A DNA stretch of 64,000 bases from Candidatus Latescibacterota bacterium. Its GTDB lineage: Bacteria > Latescibacterota > UBA2968 > UBA8231. The notes beneath the pieces were generated by a model. It was not told the DNA's origin and searched no databases. It worked only from the letters and a program-made list of their open reading frames with translations. Where the stretch lies: positions 704,001 through 768,000 of the forward strand of contig CBDCDC010000001.1 of assembly GCA_965215195.1 (NCBI GenBank), read 5' to 3'. This document shows positions 10,434 to 18,473 of this stretch, in pieces; position 1 is the stretch's first letter, and each line of letters begins with the position of its first letter. Both the position numbers and the translations under genes were made by a program.

Positions 10434-10898
10434 GTGACGATAGTAAGAACTATCCGAGAAAGAACCGATGTGCGATGCCACACAACCGTATGCCGCGACG
10501 GCCGCTGCTCCTTATCGCTAGAGGACGTGCCAGAGCCGTCTATCCTCATCAGCCTGGAACACGAAGCAGCGCCGGTTAAAGCAGACCAGACACATTGTGA
10601 CTATTTGTTCGTTGGCGGCAGGGCACCGTGGGTTGCACCAGTAGAATTGACTGCAAGTGCCGCGCGGGTCAGTAAGTTCCTACCCCAGCTCCGCGCTGGT
10701 GCCGATATTGCGGATAAACTGCTTCCGCAGGATGTCCAAGTCAGGTTTCGCCCTGTCGCAGTGTATGGCGGAGAGCTTCGCCGCATTGAACGCGACGGTT
10801 TTCTAAAATCTGCCAACCGCGTCGTTTTCCGCAGGAAACCGGTGCCGATTAAACTGGTGCGATGCGGCTCGCCATTGACGCAAGCATTGAAGGGCTAA
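10434..10898 (+). CDS. ATPase-partner hypothetical protein, possible degenerate PD-(D/E)xK fold
   Basis: GTG 6 nt after ATPase stop; CDYLFV...PVELT...QL pattern. Confidence 0.6.
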   Translation: MTIVRTIRERTDVRCHTTVCRDGRCSLSLEDVPEPSILISLEHEAAPVKADQTHCDYLFVGGRAPWVAPVELTASAARVSKFLPQLRAGADIADKLLPQDVQVRFRPVAVYGGELRRIERDGFLKSANRVVFRRKPVPIKLVRCGSPLTQALKG

Positions 10899-10936
10899 AC
10901 AAACCCATAGCATACAACCCTAACCGAAAGCACCCT

Positions 10937-11686
10937 ATGCTCCACATCGAAAACCTCCACGTCGCCGTTGAAGACACCCCCATCCTGCGCGGTGTCAATC
11001 TAGCCGTAGAACCCGGCGAAATCCACGCCATTATGGGTCCCAACGGCTCGGGCAAAAGCACCCTCGCGCAAGTCTTAGCCGGGCGCGAAGGCTACGACAT
11101 CGCCGAAGGGGCGGTCGCGTACTGCGGCCAAGACCTGCTCGAACTCGCGCCGGAAGAACGGGCGTGTGCCGGGCTGTTCCTCGCCTTCCAATACCCGGTG
11201 GAAATCCCCGGCGTCAACTCCACGTACTTCCTCCGCCAAAGCTACAACGAAATCCGCAAGCAACGCGGCGAGGAGGAGCTCGACGCCATCGACTTTCTCG
11301 GCCTGATCCGCGAAAAGCTGGCCTTGGTCAACATGGACGAGAGCTTCCTCAAGCGGTCAGTCAACGAAGGCTTTTCCGGCGGCGAGAAAAAGCGCCACGA
11401 AATTTTGCAGATGGCCGTGTTGGAACCCAAGCTGTCGATCCTCGACGAGACCGACTCCGGCCTCGACATTGACGCGCTGCGGATCGTCGCCCAAGGCGTC
11501 AATCAGCTCCACGCCCCAGACAAAGCCGTCGTCGTCGTCACGCACTACCAGCGCCTCCTCAACTACATAGTCCCGGACTTCGTCCACGTGCTCTACGAGG
11601 GACGCATCGTCCAGTCGGGCGGCAAGGAACTGGCGCTGACGCTAGAGGAAAAGGGCTACGATTGGGTTAAGGAGCAAGCGGCATGA
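10937..11686 (+). CDS. sufC: Fe-S cluster assembly ATPase SufC
   Basis: [40 protein letters not shown]. Confidence 0.97.
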   Translation: MLHIENLHVAVEDTPILRGVNLAVEPGEIHAIMGPNGSGKSTLAQVLAGREGYDIAEGAVAYCGQDLLELAPEERACAGLFLAFQYPVEIPGVNSTYFLRQSYNEIRKQRGEEELDAIDFLGLIREKLALVNMDESFLKRSVNEGFSGGEKKRHEILQMAVLEPKLSILDETDSGLDIDALRIVAQGVNQLHAPDKAVVVVTHYQRLLNYIVPDFVHVLYEGRIVQSGGKELALTLEEKGYDWVKEQAA

Positions 11687-12969
11687 GCGGCGTTGCCCAT
11701 TATCAGTCGTGCTTTAACGATCTCGTCGGCACAGGTGCGCTGCTGCCGCTGCGCGAGAAGGCCATTGAGCACTTCGCCGCTGCTGGCTTTCCCACGACTA
11801 AAGACGAGGAGTGGGCTTTTACCAACATTGCCCCGCTGACTCGGATCAACTTCGATCTAGCCGCGTCCGCGACTGCACCTGCCGTTCTCGACGACTACCG
11901 CTACGGTCTCAACGGGCTGGTCTTTGTCGATGGCCACTTCGACCCTGCGCATTCCCAACTCAACGGCCTGCCCGACGAGGTGTACATCGAGCGTTTGAGC
12001 ATCGCCTCAGACACCATCATCGTCGCCGCTGTCCTAGGCCAAGCCGCCACCACCGAGGACGAAGCCTTCACCGCACTCAATACCGCCTTTTTGCAAGACG
12101 GTGCGGTCGTCTATCTGTCCTCAGGAGCCGTCGTTGAGCAGCCCATCCACTTGCTGTTTGTCTCTACCGGCCAACGCGCCAACGTCGTTTCCCATCCGCG
12201 CGTCCTCGTGATCGCCGGACCCAATGCCCAAGCAACCGTAGTTGAAAGCTACGTCGGCTTAGGGTCGGAACCGTATCTGACCAACAGCGTCAGCGAATTC
12301 TTCATTGGCCCCAATGCCGTGCTCGACCACTACCGGGTCCAGCGCGAGTCCGCGGCCGCCTTCCACATTGCGGCGACCCACGTGCGCGAGGAACGCGCCG
12401 CCCAATTCCGCTCAACCGCCATCGCGCTGGGAGGCCATCTGACCCGCCACCACGTCCATACCTCCCTAGAGGGCGAAGGCGTTGACTCCACCCTCAACGG
12501 CCTCTACATCGGGGACGGGGTGCAACACGTGGATAACCACACGCTCATCGAACACGCCCAGCCGCACTGCCAGAGCCACGAATTCTACAAGGGGATTCTC
12601 GGGGGGCGGGCCACCGGCGTCTTCCGCGGCAAAATCCACGTTCACCAAGCCGCGCAAAAAACCGACGCGTACCAAGCCAATCAGAATCTCCTACTCTCGC
12701 AGACAGCGCAAATCAACACCAAGCCCCAGCTCGAAATCTACGCCGACGACGTCAAGTGTTCGCACGGAGCCACCATCGGCCAGCTCGACGAAGACGCCCT
12801 CTTTTACTTGCGCTCCCGTGGCATTAGCCACCGCGAGGCCGTCCAAGTGCTGACGCGGGCCTTTGCCGGCGAAGTCCTCGACCGCGTGCGCGTCCCCGCT
12901 CTTAAAGACCAACTCAGCCGGCTAGTAGATCGCCGGCTGGACCAAGCCGCCGCCGGAGTTGCCCGGTGA
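11683..12969 (+). CDS. sufD: Fe-S cluster assembly protein SufD
   Basis: [31 protein letters not shown]. Confidence 0.95.
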   Translation: MSGVAHYQSCFNDLVGTGALLPLREKAIEHFAAAGFPTTKDEEWAFTNIAPLTRINFDLAASATAPAVLDDYRYGLNGLVFVDGHFDPAHSQLNGLPDEVYIERLSIASDTIIVAAVLGQAATTEDEAFTALNTAFLQDGAVVYLSSGAVVEQPIHLLFVSTGQRANVVSHPRVLVIAGPNAQATVVESYVGLGSEPYLTNSVSEFFIGPNAVLDHYRVQRESAAAFHIAATHVREERAAQFRSTAIALGGHLTRHHVHTSLEGEGVDSTLNGLYIGDGVQHVDNHTLIEHAQPHCQSHEFYKGILGGRATGVFRGKIHVHQAAQKTDAYQANQNLLLSQTAQINTKPQLEIYADDVKCSHGATIGQLDEDALFYLRSRGISHREAVQVLTRAFAGEVLDRVRVPALKDQLSRLVDRRLDQAAAGVAR

Positions 12970-14192
12970 CCGCTTCCTTTGACGTAGCCAAGATCCGCCG
13001 CGACTTCCCGGTGCTCGGCGAGAAAATTCGCGGCAAGGACCTCGTCTATTTCGACAACGGCGCGACCACCCAAAAGCCGCTGACGGTCATCTACGCGCTC
13101 CAGCGCTACTACGCCCGCGAAAACGCCAACATCCACCGCGGCGTCCACTTCCTCAGCCAGCAGGCGACCTTTTCTTACGAGCGCGCCCGCGGCCGGGTCG
13201 GCCAGTTTATCAACGCCCGCGAGAGCAGCGAGGTCGTCTTCGTGCGCGGCACCACCGAGGCACTCAATCTGGTGGCCCACAGCTACGGCCGGCCGCAGCT
13301 AGGCCCCAACGACGAGATCATCGTCTCCCAGCTAGAGCACCACTCCAACATCGTGCCGTGGCAAATGCTGTGCGCGGAAAAGGGCGCGCGCCTGCGGGTA
13401 GTGCCCATTAGCGAGACGGGCGAGTTCCTCTTCGACGAATACGAGCGCCTGCTGTCCGAGCGCACCCGCATCGTGGCCATCGCCCACGCTTCCAACGCCC
13501 TCGGCACCATCCTGCCGGTAAAGGAAATCGCCGCCTTGGCCCATCAGCACGGGGCAGTCGCGGTCGTCGATGGGGCACAAGGCGTGCCCCACCTGCCGGT
13601 AGACGTGCAGGACCTCAACTGCGACTTCTACGCCTTTTCCGGGCACAAGCTCTTCGGCCCCACCGGCATCGGCGTGCTCTACGGCAAGCAGGCCCTCCTA
13701 AACGCCATGCCGCCCTACGAAGGCGGCGGCTCCATGATCGAAAAGGTGAGCTTTGCCGGCACCACCTATGCTCCCCCGCCGGCTCGCTTTGAAGCTGGTA
13801 CGCCGCACATTGCCGGCGGCATGGGCTTGGAGGCCGCCATTGATTACGTCAACTCCATAGGCCGCGAGCAGATCGCCGCGTACGAGGCCGACTTGCTCGC
13901 ATACGCAGACGCAGCCCTCGCCACCATCCCGGGCCTGCGCCAGATTGGCACGGCCCGCGAGCGCGTAGCCGTCCTCTCCTTCGCGCTCGGCGACATCCAT
14001 CCGCACGACATCGGCACCATCCTCGACGCCGAGGGCATTGCCGTGCGCGCCGGCCACCACTGCGCCCAGCCGACCATGCAGTTTTACCAAGTGCCGGCTA
14101 CGGTGCGCGCCTCGTTGGCTTTTTACAACACGTGCGAGGAAATTGATGCCCTAGTCTCGGCCTTGCACCAAGTCAAAAAGGTGTTTGGATAG
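12966..14192 (+). CDS. sufS: cysteine desulfurase SufS
   Basis: YFDNGATTQKP, FSGHKLFGPTGIG, RAGHHCAQP. Confidence 0.96.
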   Translation: MTASFDVAKIRRDFPVLGEKIRGKDLVYFDNGATTQKPLTVIYALQRYYARENANIHRGVHFLSQQATFSYERARGRVGQFINARESSEVVFVRGTTEALNLVAHSYGRPQLGPNDEIIVSQLEHHSNIVPWQMLCAEKGARLRVVPISETGEFLFDEYERLLSERTRIVAIAHASNALGTILPVKEIAALAHQHGAVAVVDGAQGVPHLPVDVQDLNCDFYAFSGHKLFGPTGIGVLYGKQALLNAMPPYEGGGSMIEKVSFAGTTYAPPPARFEAGTPHIAGGMGLEAAIDYVNSIGREQIAAYEADLLAYADAALATIPGLRQIGTARERVAVLSFALGDIHPHDIGTILDAEGIAVRAGHHCAQPTMQFYQVPATVRASLAFYNTCEEIDALVSALHQVKKVFG

Positions 14193-14217
14193 TAGGGGCG
14201 ACTCTTGTGGTCGCCCT
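14192..14217 (+). repeat. GTAG-type REP-like palindrome
   Basis: GTAG-GGGCGAC-TCTTGTG-GTCGCCC-T; second copy at 27933. Confidence 0.7.
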
Positions 14218-14254
14218 TTGTTTAGACTACACCATACAACAAGGCACTTCGACC

Positions 14255-14707
14255 ATGACTGAGCTTCGCGAGCTGTACCAGCAGATCATCCTCGATCACA
14301 ACAAAAATCCGCGCAACTTCGGCAAGCTGCCCGAGGCCAATCGCATGCAAGAGGGCTACAATCCCCTGTGCGGCGATCACCTGCACGTCTATCTCCACGT
14401 GGCCGACGAGCGGATTGCCGACATTAGCTTTGAGGGGTCGGGCTGCGCCATTTCCAAAGCCTCGGCTTCCCTGATGACCAGTGCGCTCAAGGGCAAGCGT
14501 CCCCACGAGGCGGTTGAGCTATTCGAGCAGTTCCAGCAGATGGTGACCGCAGAGCCGGACGCGCCCGTCGACACCGGGGCCTTGGGCAAGATGGCCGTCT
14601 TCGCTGGGGTGCGCGAGTTCCCTATGCGCGTCAAGTGCGCGACCCTCGCTTGGCACACCGCCAAAGCGGCCATAGAACAAGACCCGTCTCCCGCATCCAC
14701 TGAATAG
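14255..14707 (+). CDS. sufU: SUF system NifU-family scaffold SufU
   Basis: LYQQIILDH, NPLCGD, GCAISKAS, RVKCATLAWH. Confidence 0.94.
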   Translation: MTELRELYQQIILDHNKNPRNFGKLPEANRMQEGYNPLCGDHLHVYLHVADERIADISFEGSGCAISKASASLMTSALKGKRPHEAVELFEQFQQMVTAEPDAPVDTGALGKMAVFAGVREFPMRVKCATLAWHTAKAAIEQDPSPASTE

Positions 14708-14774
14708 TGGTCTGTCCCTTCCCGACCACACTGATCACTGACCTAAAGACGGCAGATCCCAGAGGAGGTTCTTC

Positions 14775-15113
14775 ATGGAACTATTACACGAAAAAACCTT
14801 TCCCCCCGACTCAACCGAGGCCAAGGTGGTGGCCGTGCTCAAGACCTGCTACGACCCCGAGATTCCGGTCGATATCTTTGCCCTCGGCCTGATCTACGAC
14901 ATTGAGGTCAGCGACGCGCAGGACGTCCACGTGACCATGACCTTGACCTCGCCCGCCTGTCCGGTAGCCGGCACCCTGCCGCCGGAAATTGAGCACAAGA
15001 TCAAGGCCCATGTCCCGGGCATCGCCACGGCCTTGGTCGAGGTCGTGTGGGATCCGCCGTGGACGATAGACATGATGACCGAAGGGGCCAAACTCGAACT
15101 AGGCATGATGTAG
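14775..15113 (+). CDS. DUF59/SufT-type Fe-S assembly protein
   Basis: DPEIPVDIFALGLIY, TLTSPACPVA, VWDPPW. Confidence 0.9.
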   Translation: MELLHEKTFPPDSTEAKVVAVLKTCYDPEIPVDIFALGLIYDIEVSDAQDVHVTMTLTSPACPVAGTLPPEIEHKIKAHVPGIATALVEVVWDPPWTIDMMTEGAKLELGMM

Positions 15114-15129
15114 TGCACCAAGGGATCAC

Positions 15130-15507
15130 AACGCCGCGGATTGAGTTTCTAAGAGTAGAGAACTTCCGCGCCTTGCGGAAAATCGAGCTCAGAAGGTGCT
15201 GCTCGGCCCCAACCGTTGACTGAGGCAGGAGATGGCAGTATCGCACTTGGAGTTTCTGGTTGAAGAGGAGTCGATGGGAAGCCGTGCTTTGCGCCTATCC
15301 GAAAGTTTCGCCGAGAATTCCGCGATCCCGATGCCATCGGCGTTTGAGCGAATTTTGCAGAAACGCGGATACTGCAAAACCGGACTGCGGAAGATCGAAG
15401 CGGCCCGAGCCATTGCCGCCCATATTGATCCCGGGCGCAATCGTTCGCACAGCTTCTCAACCTTTTGCTGGTCGCAGAGTTCGCACCGGCTGTTAGTACG
15501 TGCATGA
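15130..15507 (+). pseudogene. collapsed remnant of an AAA_21 ATPase + DUF4276 pair
   Basis: PRIEFLRVENFRALRKIEL (ATPase N-terminus only), then HLEFLVEEESM joined almost directly to a DUF4276-type C-terminus (KIEAARAIAAHIDPGRNRSHSF). Confidence 0.6.
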
Positions 15508-15529
15508 AACTTCAGCGAAAGAAGCGCCC

Positions 15530-15988
15530 ATGAAACTCAGCTCGCGCGAAGAATACGGCTTGCGCTGCCTCTTGCAACTGGCCCGCCAAGCCCCCGGCAG
15601 CCTGACCATCCCGGAAATCAGCCAAGCCGAGGGGATCACCCATCACAACGTCGCCAAGCTGTTGCGCATTCTCCGGCAAGGCGGCTTTGTGGCAAGTGCC
15701 CGCGGCCAGCAAGGCGGGTACGCCCTTGCCAAGCCCCCCCAGCAAATCGCCGTGGCTGACGCGCTCGCCACGCTGGGCGGTCGCCTCTTTGACGACGACT
15801 TCTGCGATCACTTTGCCGGCAGCGCGGATTGCTGTACGCACTCGCTCACAGCGTGCTCAGTGCGCGCGCTGTGGGGGCAAGTGCAGCAGGCCGTCGATCA
15901 AATTTTATCGCGCACAACCCTCGCCGATCTGCTGCAACAAGGCTACGCCTTGGCCGACGAAGAGGCCCTGCTCGATATATCGGCTTAG
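15530..15988 (+). CDS. Rrf2-family transcriptional regulator (IscR/SufR-like)
   Basis: EEYGLRCL, SARGQQGGYAL, C-terminal Cys cluster; adjacent to suf genes. Confidence 0.9.
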   Translation: MKLSSREEYGLRCLLQLARQAPGSLTIPEISQAEGITHHNVAKLLRILRQGGFVASARGQQGGYALAKPPQQIAVADALATLGGRLFDDDFCDHFAGSADCCTHSLTACSVRALWGQVQQAVDQILSRTTLADLLQQGYALADEEALLDISA

Positions 15989-16019
15989 GGGATGATTTTC
16001 AATGGATAGGAGACATCCA

Positions 16020-16219
16020 TTGAAAGAACTCAACCGCATAACGATCAATCCCAACGTCTGCTTGGGACAACCCACTATTCGGGGCATGAGGATCAAAGTG
16101 CTGGCCGGGGGCAAGTCCATCCCGCGTATCCAGAACTCGCAGAAGAAGACGTGCTTCAATCGCTAAGATACGCGGCGTGGGGCCCCTCTGATCAGATTCA
16201 ATTAACGCCAACGCCATAA
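16020..16219 (+). pseudogene. DUF433 protein, internally deleted and frameshifted
   Basis: LNRITINPNVCLGQPTIRGMRI in one frame, YPELAEEDVLQSLRYAAW in another; AGGAG RBS. Confidence 0.75.
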
Positions 16220-16289
16220 GCGAAAATTTCGTCGGAATTACAGTTTCTCGCCCACATGAACCATATCCGTGTAGAGGTGGTACGCTAAG

Positions 16290-17786
16290 ATGAAAAAAGT
16301 TTTGCTGTGCTGGATCGGCACCACAGATTTGCGTGCCTCACAAGGAGATGATGTTGGTGAGGGTCCTATTGCACAGGCAGTGGAAAAGCTCGGGTTTGAC
16401 GAGGTATTTTTGATTTCAAACTACCAGTCTGATGACCGTGTAGCCGCGTACGTCGAATGGGCTAAAAAAAGAAGCTCAACGCCGTACCGACTACATAAGG
16501 AGGACCTTTCAAGTCCCACCCACTTTGGCGAAATTTACGAGGCTGCGGTGCGCGTTTGCACAGCAGCTTTGGGCAAACAGCGCGATCAAGTGGAATTGAC
16601 TTTTCATATTAGTCCTGGCACACCGGCCATGGCCGCGGTGTGGATCATCTTGGCGAAAACTCGCTTTCCCGCTGAATTGATCGAGTCGTCAAGAAAATAC
16701 GGCGTTCAGACGGTATCTGTTCCCTTCGATATTTCGGCAGAATTTTTGCCCGACCTTCTGCGCAAACCCGACGAGCAGCTCCGCTCGGCCAGTGCAGAGA
16801 AACCCATAGAATCAGCGAATTTTGCAGACATACACTACCGCAGCGCAGTTATGAAGCGTTTGGTCAAAAAAGTGCAGCGCGTCGCGTTGCGGAACGTTCC
16901 CGTTTTGCTCGAAGGTGAATCTGGCACCGGCAAAGAACTTTTTGCCCGCGCCATTCACCAACACAGCCCGCGAAAGAATGAGCCATTTATCGCGGTGAAC
17001 TGCGGTGCAATTCCGCAATCTCTCGTGGAATCCGAACTGTTTGGGCACGGAAAAGGCGCGTTTACCGACGCAAAGACCCCGCGCAAAGGTCATTTTGAGT
17101 CGGCCAATGGCGGTACACTCTTTTTAGATGAAATCGGCGAGTTGCCCAAAGATATGCAGGTGAGATTGTTGCGCGTCCTCCAAGAAGGCGAGGTTATCCG
17201 GCTCGGTACATCCCAACCCATCAGTGTAGATGTACGCATTGTGGCGGCAACAAACCGGAATCTCATTGAGGAAGTGGGCGAAGGACGATTTCGCGAGGAC
17301 TTGTTTTATCGGATTGCAGTGGCCTATCTCAAATTGCCTCCCTTGCGGGAGCGCCCGGGAGATTTGGGTCTGCTGATCGACCATTTGCTTGAGCAGATCA
17401 ATCGGGAAAACAAGGGACAGCCCGGGTACCGACGTAAAAAAATTTGCGCTGGCGCAAAAAATGTTCTCCTGAACCACGATTGGCCGGGCAATGTACGCGA
17501 GTTGCAAAACACGCTTAGACGCGCCATGGTGTGGGCCGATGGCGACACGCTTACGCAACTAGATATTGAAGAAGCCCTCTTACCTGCGTTTGAAAACCGC
17601 GACGAAGGTATCCTGAATCGCCCATTAGATGGGGATTTTAGCCTGCCCGACCTCATTGGCGAAGTCAAAAGACACTATATTCAGCGTGCCGCAGAGGAAT
17701 TTAAAGAGAAAAAAGAAGCTGCGAAGCGGTTGGGATTGTCTCGTCAGACGTTTAACAACTGGAAGGATAAGCTACTAGACGTTTAA
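16290..17786 (+). CDS. sigma54-dependent activator with N-terminal CARF-like (RtcR/PspF-type) sensor domain
   Basis: GESGTGKE, GAFTDA, LFLDEIG, FREDLFYR, WPGNVREL, Fis-type HTH; N-terminal LLCWIGTTDL...FHISPGTPAM. Confidence 0.9.
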   Translation: MKKVLLCWIGTTDLRASQGDDVGEGPIAQAVEKLGFDEVFLISNYQSDDRVAAYVEWAKKRSSTPYRLHKEDLSSPTHFGEIYEAAVRVCTAALGKQRDQVELTFHISPGTPAMAAVWIILAKTRFPAELIESSRKYGVQTVSVPFDISAEFLPDLLRKPDEQLRSASAEKPIESANFADIHYRSAVMKRLVKKVQRVALRNVPVLLEGESGTGKELFARAIHQHSPRKNEPFIAVNCGAIPQSLVESELFGHGKGAFTDAKTPRKGHFESANGGTLFLDEIGELPKDMQVRLLRVLQEGEVIRLGTSQPISVDVRIVAATNRNLIEEVGEGRFREDLFYRIAVAYLKLPPLRERPGDLGLLIDHLLEQINRENKGQPGYRRKKICAGAKNVLLNHDWPGNVRELQNTLRRAMVWADGDTLTQLDIEEALLPAFENRDEGILNRPLDGDFSLPDLIGEVKRHYIQRAAEEFKEKKEAAKRLGLSRQTFNNWKDKLLDV

Positions 17787-17796
17787 CAACTGGAAG
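17746..17796 (+). repeat. perfect 20-bp direct repeat, 31-bp period
   Basis: AGACGTTTAACAACTGGAAG at 17746-17765 and 17777-17796. Confidence 0.9.
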
Positions 17797-17847
17797 AAGA
17801 AGTGCAAGGGATAGAAGTTTTTTCAAAAAATTGGCTTTCTGGTAAGG

Positions 17848-17864
17848 TTGGCACGAAACTTGCT
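17848..17864 (+). promoter_or_regulatory. sigma54 (-24/-12) promoter
   Basis: TTGGCACGAAACTTGCT matches TGGCACG-N4-TTGC with exact spacing, ~60 nt after a sigma54 activator gene. Confidence 0.88.
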
Positions 17865-17912
17865 TTTATATGGCCAAGACCATTGCTAACCTAAAAAAGA
17901 AAGGAGGAGGAG

Positions 17913-17993
17913 ATGTGGCCATTCATAGTGTTCCCATTGGCGATATATGCTGGCGAACGCATCATTGATCGAATCATCGATGAGTTGTTCTAG
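17913..17993 (+). CDS. 26-aa hydrophobic/amphipathic microprotein
   Basis: AAGGAGGAGG RBS; MWPFIVFPLAIYAGERIIDRIIDELF. Confidence 0.6.
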   Translation: MWPFIVFPLAIYAGERIIDRIIDELF

Positions 17994-18006
17994 CGTATCG
18001 TCCAAC

Positions 18007-18044
18007 CTCTCGCTGGGCAGCACCCACTCGTTGCCCAGCGAGAG
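18007..18044 (+). other. 13-bp perfect stem-loop between microprotein ORFs
   Basis: CTCTCGCTGGGCA...TGCCCAGCGAGAG; no U tract. Confidence 0.8.
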
Positions 18045-18079
18045 AGCCCCCGTCTAAGCCGAATAGAAAGGATATGGTT

Positions 18080-18238
18080 ATGGCGAGAAGAATCCGCAGT
18101 GACGCACGAATAAGAACTGTCGAGAAAAAGCTGGGAATCGGGAACAGCCTCACGAATCCCAACGGACGAAATGCTCGTTCCGACAAGAAACTTGGGAACC
18201 TGCGCAAGAGTTGGGAAAAGGCTGGTAAGAAGAAATGA
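18080..18238 (+). CDS. 52-aa highly basic microprotein with duplicated RSD motif
   Basis: AAGGA RBS; MARRIRSDARIRTVEKKLGIGNSLTNPNGRNARSDKKLGNLRKSWEKAGKKK (alternative ATG 18074). Confidence 0.72.
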   Translation: MARRIRSDARIRTVEKKLGIGNSLTNPNGRNARSDKKLGNLRKSWEKAGKKK

Positions 18239-18274
18239 AGTGTCGCAATTTCTATAATGAAAGGAGGTGATTCT

Positions 18275-18349
18275 ATGACAAAATGGCTACCGATAGCCCT
18301 TCAGATCGCTCTTGTCATTTTGGACAACTGGCCATCGAAGCGGCGCTAG
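18275..18349 (+). CDS. 24-aa hydrophobic microprotein with basic tail (type I toxin-like)
   Basis: AAGGAGGTGA RBS; MTKWLPIALQIALVILDNWPSKRR. Confidence 0.62.
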   Translation: MTKWLPIALQIALVILDNWPSKRR

Positions 18350-18369
18350 TAGTTTGGGCGCAGTTAACA

Positions 18370-18404
18370 TTTCAGGAGGCGGGGTTCATTCCCGCTTCCT
18401 GAAA
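18370..18404 (+). terminator. stem-loop closing the microprotein unit (atypical terminator or stabiliser)
   Basis: TTTCAGGAGGCGGG-GTTCATT-CCCGCTTCCTGAAA; followed by an A run, not a U run. Confidence 0.5.
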
Positions 18405-18411
18405 AAATATC

Positions 18412-18440
18412 TTGACATAGCTACTTGTCACACGTAAACT
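18412..18440 (+). promoter_or_regulatory. sigma70-type promoter
   Basis: TTGACA-17 nt-TAAACT, 33 nt before ATG 18474; TGACA...TGTCA dyad overlaps the -35. Confidence 0.65.
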
Positions 18441-18473
18441 TTTCACGTTTTTTCGCTAACTTGTGAGGAAATT

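Noticed and set aside
16290-17786. calling the activator rtcR
   Set aside because: No rtcB/rtcA nearby; only the domain architecture is shared
17746-17796. mini-CRISPR repeat-spacer-repeat
   Set aside because: Only two 20-bp copies with an 11-bp gap
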